DNA of 64,000 bases from Thalia democratica (taxonomy: Eukaryota): the NCBI GenBank assembly GCA_965202585.1, contig OZ241826.1, positions 103,974,001 to 104,038,000 on the forward strand, read 5' to 3'. Shown here piece after piece: positions 61,901 to 64,000 of the stretch (positions are counted from its first letter, which is position 1; each line of letters opens with the position of its first letter). The notes under the pieces were generated by a model. The model made no database searches, was not told where the DNA came from, and saw only the letters and a program-made list of their open reading frames with translations. A program made the position numbers and the translations under genes.

Positions 61901-64000
61901 CACCTGGTTCGATCTTTTCGGTTGTTGTAGTAACACCTGGTTCAACCTTTTCAGTTGTTTTAGTAACTCCTGGTTCAACCTTTTCAGTTGTTGTAGTAAC
62001 ACCTGGTTCAACCTTTTCAGTTGTCGTAGTTACTTTAGGTCTTTCCGGTGAAGTCGTGGCTGTAAGTTAAACAACGCACTCTAATTAAGATTCAGATAGT
62101 TTTAATATAAGATATGGATAAGTTTTCAGAACCTCAAAAGCTAGCATAATCTTTTTAAGTGCAAGTAAATGTTTAGTACTTAAATTAATCAGTAGACGAA
62201 TTTGTCATTATACTTTACTGAAATACACAATAGTTGAGTAAGTTGTAGAAAAATTTAACTAAGTTTCTATCTTATTGTTTAAATGTTTTTATTTTAAGTT
62301 TGACTTCATACTTGATAAAAAATTTGCATTTAACACATACTAGTAACGTCAATGCTGCACAATTTTCTTCCAATTTCCTCCACGCTTTGTGACGTCATAG
62401 CACTCGGGTCTACGTCGATCACTAGAGTGTGCGGTTCTTCTGCCAACATTTCACGCTTCAATTGTAACTTTGTGACGTCATCGTCAGGCACATCGGTTGC
62501 CATGACAACCACGGCGAAGGTGCGGTACTTCCTCACACCCTCTCCGGAGTGGATGGTGTCGGTGACCAGGTCGAGGGCCGGTGAGAGGTAAACTTTACCG
62601 TAGGTCGTCGTGGGCGCTGTCATGGTGATGGACTCGATGAGATGCCGCGCCATTTTCGGTGTTTCTGATTGGCGAAGGCTCACCAGGGTTTTGGGGCCGG
62701 ATGAAAATTGAATGATCGAGAATCTTGTTCTGGTTGGCTGCAAGTTTATTAAATACTTTAATTAAATACATTTGTGCATCTAGATATTTTTGAATCTTAA
62801 AGAAACATTTTAAGTTCGTTTTTAAAAAGTAAGTTAAGTATAACAGACAAATAGTAAAATTTTTATAGATTTTAATTAGAAATATCTTAGATTTATAATC
62901 AAATTTATCTTTTAACTACATTATAAAAACTTTAAACTTAAAAATGTAGTTTCAAACATATAATCCAAAAAAAATTGTACTAACCTGTACATCCATCTTC
63001 TGAATTATTTCTCTTATCACGCTCTTCACAGTCGCAATCTTACTGGCTGATGACGTCTGTCTCCTGTCCAATAGGAACACGATATCCATGGGTTTCGAGC
63101 AGAACAGCTGGCTGGGTGGCAACTCAGTGACTGGTGTCTTCGGTTGCCTAGTAACCACATCGATTTCAGTGTTCTGGCAAACATCTTTCCACAAGATGGC
63201 AGCTACTTGTTTCGCCTTCACTATCAGGTTCTTTAGTCTGTATAGTATTAATTTATTATTAATATGAAATATTTCTATCTTTAGAAAATTTGATAATACC
63301 TATAAAATTTTATTTAATTATAGTAAAAGTTTTCAAATTAAGTTAATTTTCTTACGAGCAGTTTCACTCTCAGCAATGATCAAAAAAAATGTTTATTATA
63401 TTTAAAAACAAGTATTAATAACAATTTGTATAAAACAGCTTTAAAGATTTAAGAAGCACAAGTTTAGTTTAAATATATTTTAAACAATAATTTTGATTAG
63501 CTTATTGTAATTTTTATACAATTTTTTGTTTTTTGAAATTTACAAAACTGTTTGCCTTTATTGTTAGATAATACCTTAAAGTATGTTAGATATGCTAACA
63601 AAACCTTTAAACAACTGTGATAAAAAAATCTTTTAAGTGAAGATATTTTCAAATATGTTAAACCGAACAACAAAGTTATTTTTTACTTTTCATTGTAATC
63701 ATTTACAAACCTCTTAGCTTTGATGAATTTACCGATGTTGCTCAACCTTCTGTCACCTATAAAAAGCGCGTCGTCAGTGACAACCGATATTACTTCAACC
63801 CCATTCTTCAAAACTCCTTTCAACTTCTCAACCGACAACAACCTCTCCTTCTTCGGTTTCCTCCTTGCTACGAACATCACCACCTTAAGAACATCTTCCT
63901 CGTTTCTTCCGTTTTCTTCAAGGTAGTTTGTTGCAAAATCGAGGGTGTCTTTGTAGTTGACTGGTCCGCTTTGCGTTTTCGGTTTTATTTTGTTGACTAA
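40929..64000 (-). CDS. Giant vWF-like / gel-forming mucin, 5'-truncated by the window edge (42 exons, about 3,762 aa in window)
   Basis: Exons in transcription order: 64000-63687, 63237-62985, 62737-62341, 62059-60798, 60593-60387, 60218-58731, 58493-57475, 57259-56992, 56798-56624, 56405-56178, 55942-55533, 55166-54945, 54719-54518, 54254-54138, 53749-53625, 53417-53222, 52600-52419, 52139-51972, 51554-51326, 51003-50264, 50012-49817, 49563-49310, 49090-48895, 48682-48585, 48359-48242, 47967-47839, 47606-47392, 47151-46968, 46618-46498, 45513-45360, 45142-45088, 44737-44562, 44400-44302, 44026-43846, 43514-43468, 43241-43116, 42782-42687, 42463-42335, 42127-42088, 41818-41598, 41357-41226, 41048-40929 (TGA). 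All introns are GT-AG, phases match at every junction, and the sum is 11,289 nt (divisible by 3). Domains recognised from sequence motifs. Confidence 0.92.
41226..41818 (-). CDS. C-terminal cystine knot (CTCK) of the mucin
   Basis: PCDL...GCV...WCSGLCSS...CTCCTP...DCLD...ITSCTC, with the C-x-G-x-C, C-x-CC and terminal C-x-C motifs. Confidence 0.88.
42088..47151 (-). CDS. VWC-like Cys-rich modules of the mucin
   Basis: Repeated W-x(3-5)-C-x2-C-x-C...CC-x2-C patterns: WVDEENPCVICSC...CCPQYEC, WEDEVHPCYVLSC...CCPEC, WQPDDCTSCNC...CCGRC, and others. Confidence 0.8.
45604..46384. mobile_element. Tc1/mariner-pogo (Tigger-like) non-autonomous element in a mucin intron
   Basis: Perfect 13-bp TIR CAGTAACCTCTCG, TA TSD on both sides, subterminal gcgtaa repeats. 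Confidence 0.88.
47392..49563 (-). CDS. VWD-C8-TIL assembly (D4-like) of the mucin
   Basis: CYCSLGGDSQFHTFDGSYY and VEGLCGNCN (VWD); YYESCKVDTC...ACDSLASFAEACKHAGKCIDWR (C8); CPDGHVYSPC...TC...EGCFIDCPEG...C (TIL). Confidence 0.9.
50375..50743 (-). repeat. Coding 39-bp minisatellite, 9 copies of KVEPTT[K/E]KTTTTE plus one truncated unit (Thr-rich domain 3)
   Basis: Seen directly in ORF 50240-50914. Confidence 0.95.
51326..52600 (-). CDS. Tenth VWA domain, downstream of CysD
   Basis: CCDNAYDLVTIIDTATD...RGSIISY...AIVVLAN...FKIAAVGV...LYC across three exons. Confidence 0.8.
53222..54160 (-). CDS. CysD (Mucin2_WxxW-type) domain of the mucin
   Basis: Spliced translation CICYWTEFRNDDHPTRSNIGDIENW...IECK...VICH...MC...CHDYSARVRCC matches the C-WT-x-N-D-P / GD-E / C-DY-x-R-x-C pattern of gel-forming mucin CysD domains. 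Confidence 0.8.
54518..64000 (-). CDS. VWA (von Willebrand A) domain array of the mucin: 9 domains, the first partial, interrupted by two Thr-rich regions
   Basis: Repeated Cys-(x)n-hydrophobic beta strand-Asp domain starts: CSKPMDIVFLLD, CDVSSQLLIAID, CEGHVESDIVLLID, CEAKMEVAFAVD, CPAGDVTFLYD, CKVELILAVD, CSVAMDVAVLVD, CDPRISDSMVIVD. TRVAVVKF / TRFSIIQF beta strands and closing helix-Cys (RKLC, LFC, DVC) are also present. Confidence 0.85.
60972..62036 (-). repeat. Coding 33-bp minisatellite, about 32 copies of PGVTTTTEKVE (mucin Thr-rich domain 1)
   Basis: Visible 33-bp periodicity inside exon 62059-60798, with one VPEAT interruption. Confidence 0.95.

Noticed and set aside
61013-62070. Long alternative-frame and antisense ORFs (317, 184 and 174 aa; also 50338-50847, 50751-50990, 55489-55920)
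   Set aside because: Shadow frames of stop-poor Thr-rich minisatellites.

Overview
AT-rich eukaryotic (metazoan) genomic DNA with canonical GT-AG introns; a tunicate/ascidian origin is plausible but is inference. I rebuilt three spliced genes by hand, checking splice phases. (1) The 3' part of a giant minus-strand von Willebrand factor-like / gel-forming mucin gene: 42 exons, about 3,760 aa in window, stop at 40929, running off the right edge. It encodes at least 10 VWA domains, three Thr-rich regions, a CysD (WxxW) domain, VWD-C8-TIL, VWC-like modules, a cystine knot and an extra tail. (2) A 6-exon minus-strand type I membrane protein with an Ig-like domain and two Cys modules (33861-38037). 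(3) A 4-exon plus-strand RIIAD1 orthologue (25686-30349). The left 25 kb holds orphan or possibly pseudogenised coiled-coil and 2-TM ORFs, local duplications and many non-autonomous DNA transposons. The most unusual signals: perfect TGACGTCA (CRE) palindromes strongly enriched inside mucin coding exons in both stop-free frames, the mucin's domain architecture, the unclassified Ig receptor, and an intronic exon copy that differs only at synonymous sites. All coordinates and counts were read by eye, not computed.
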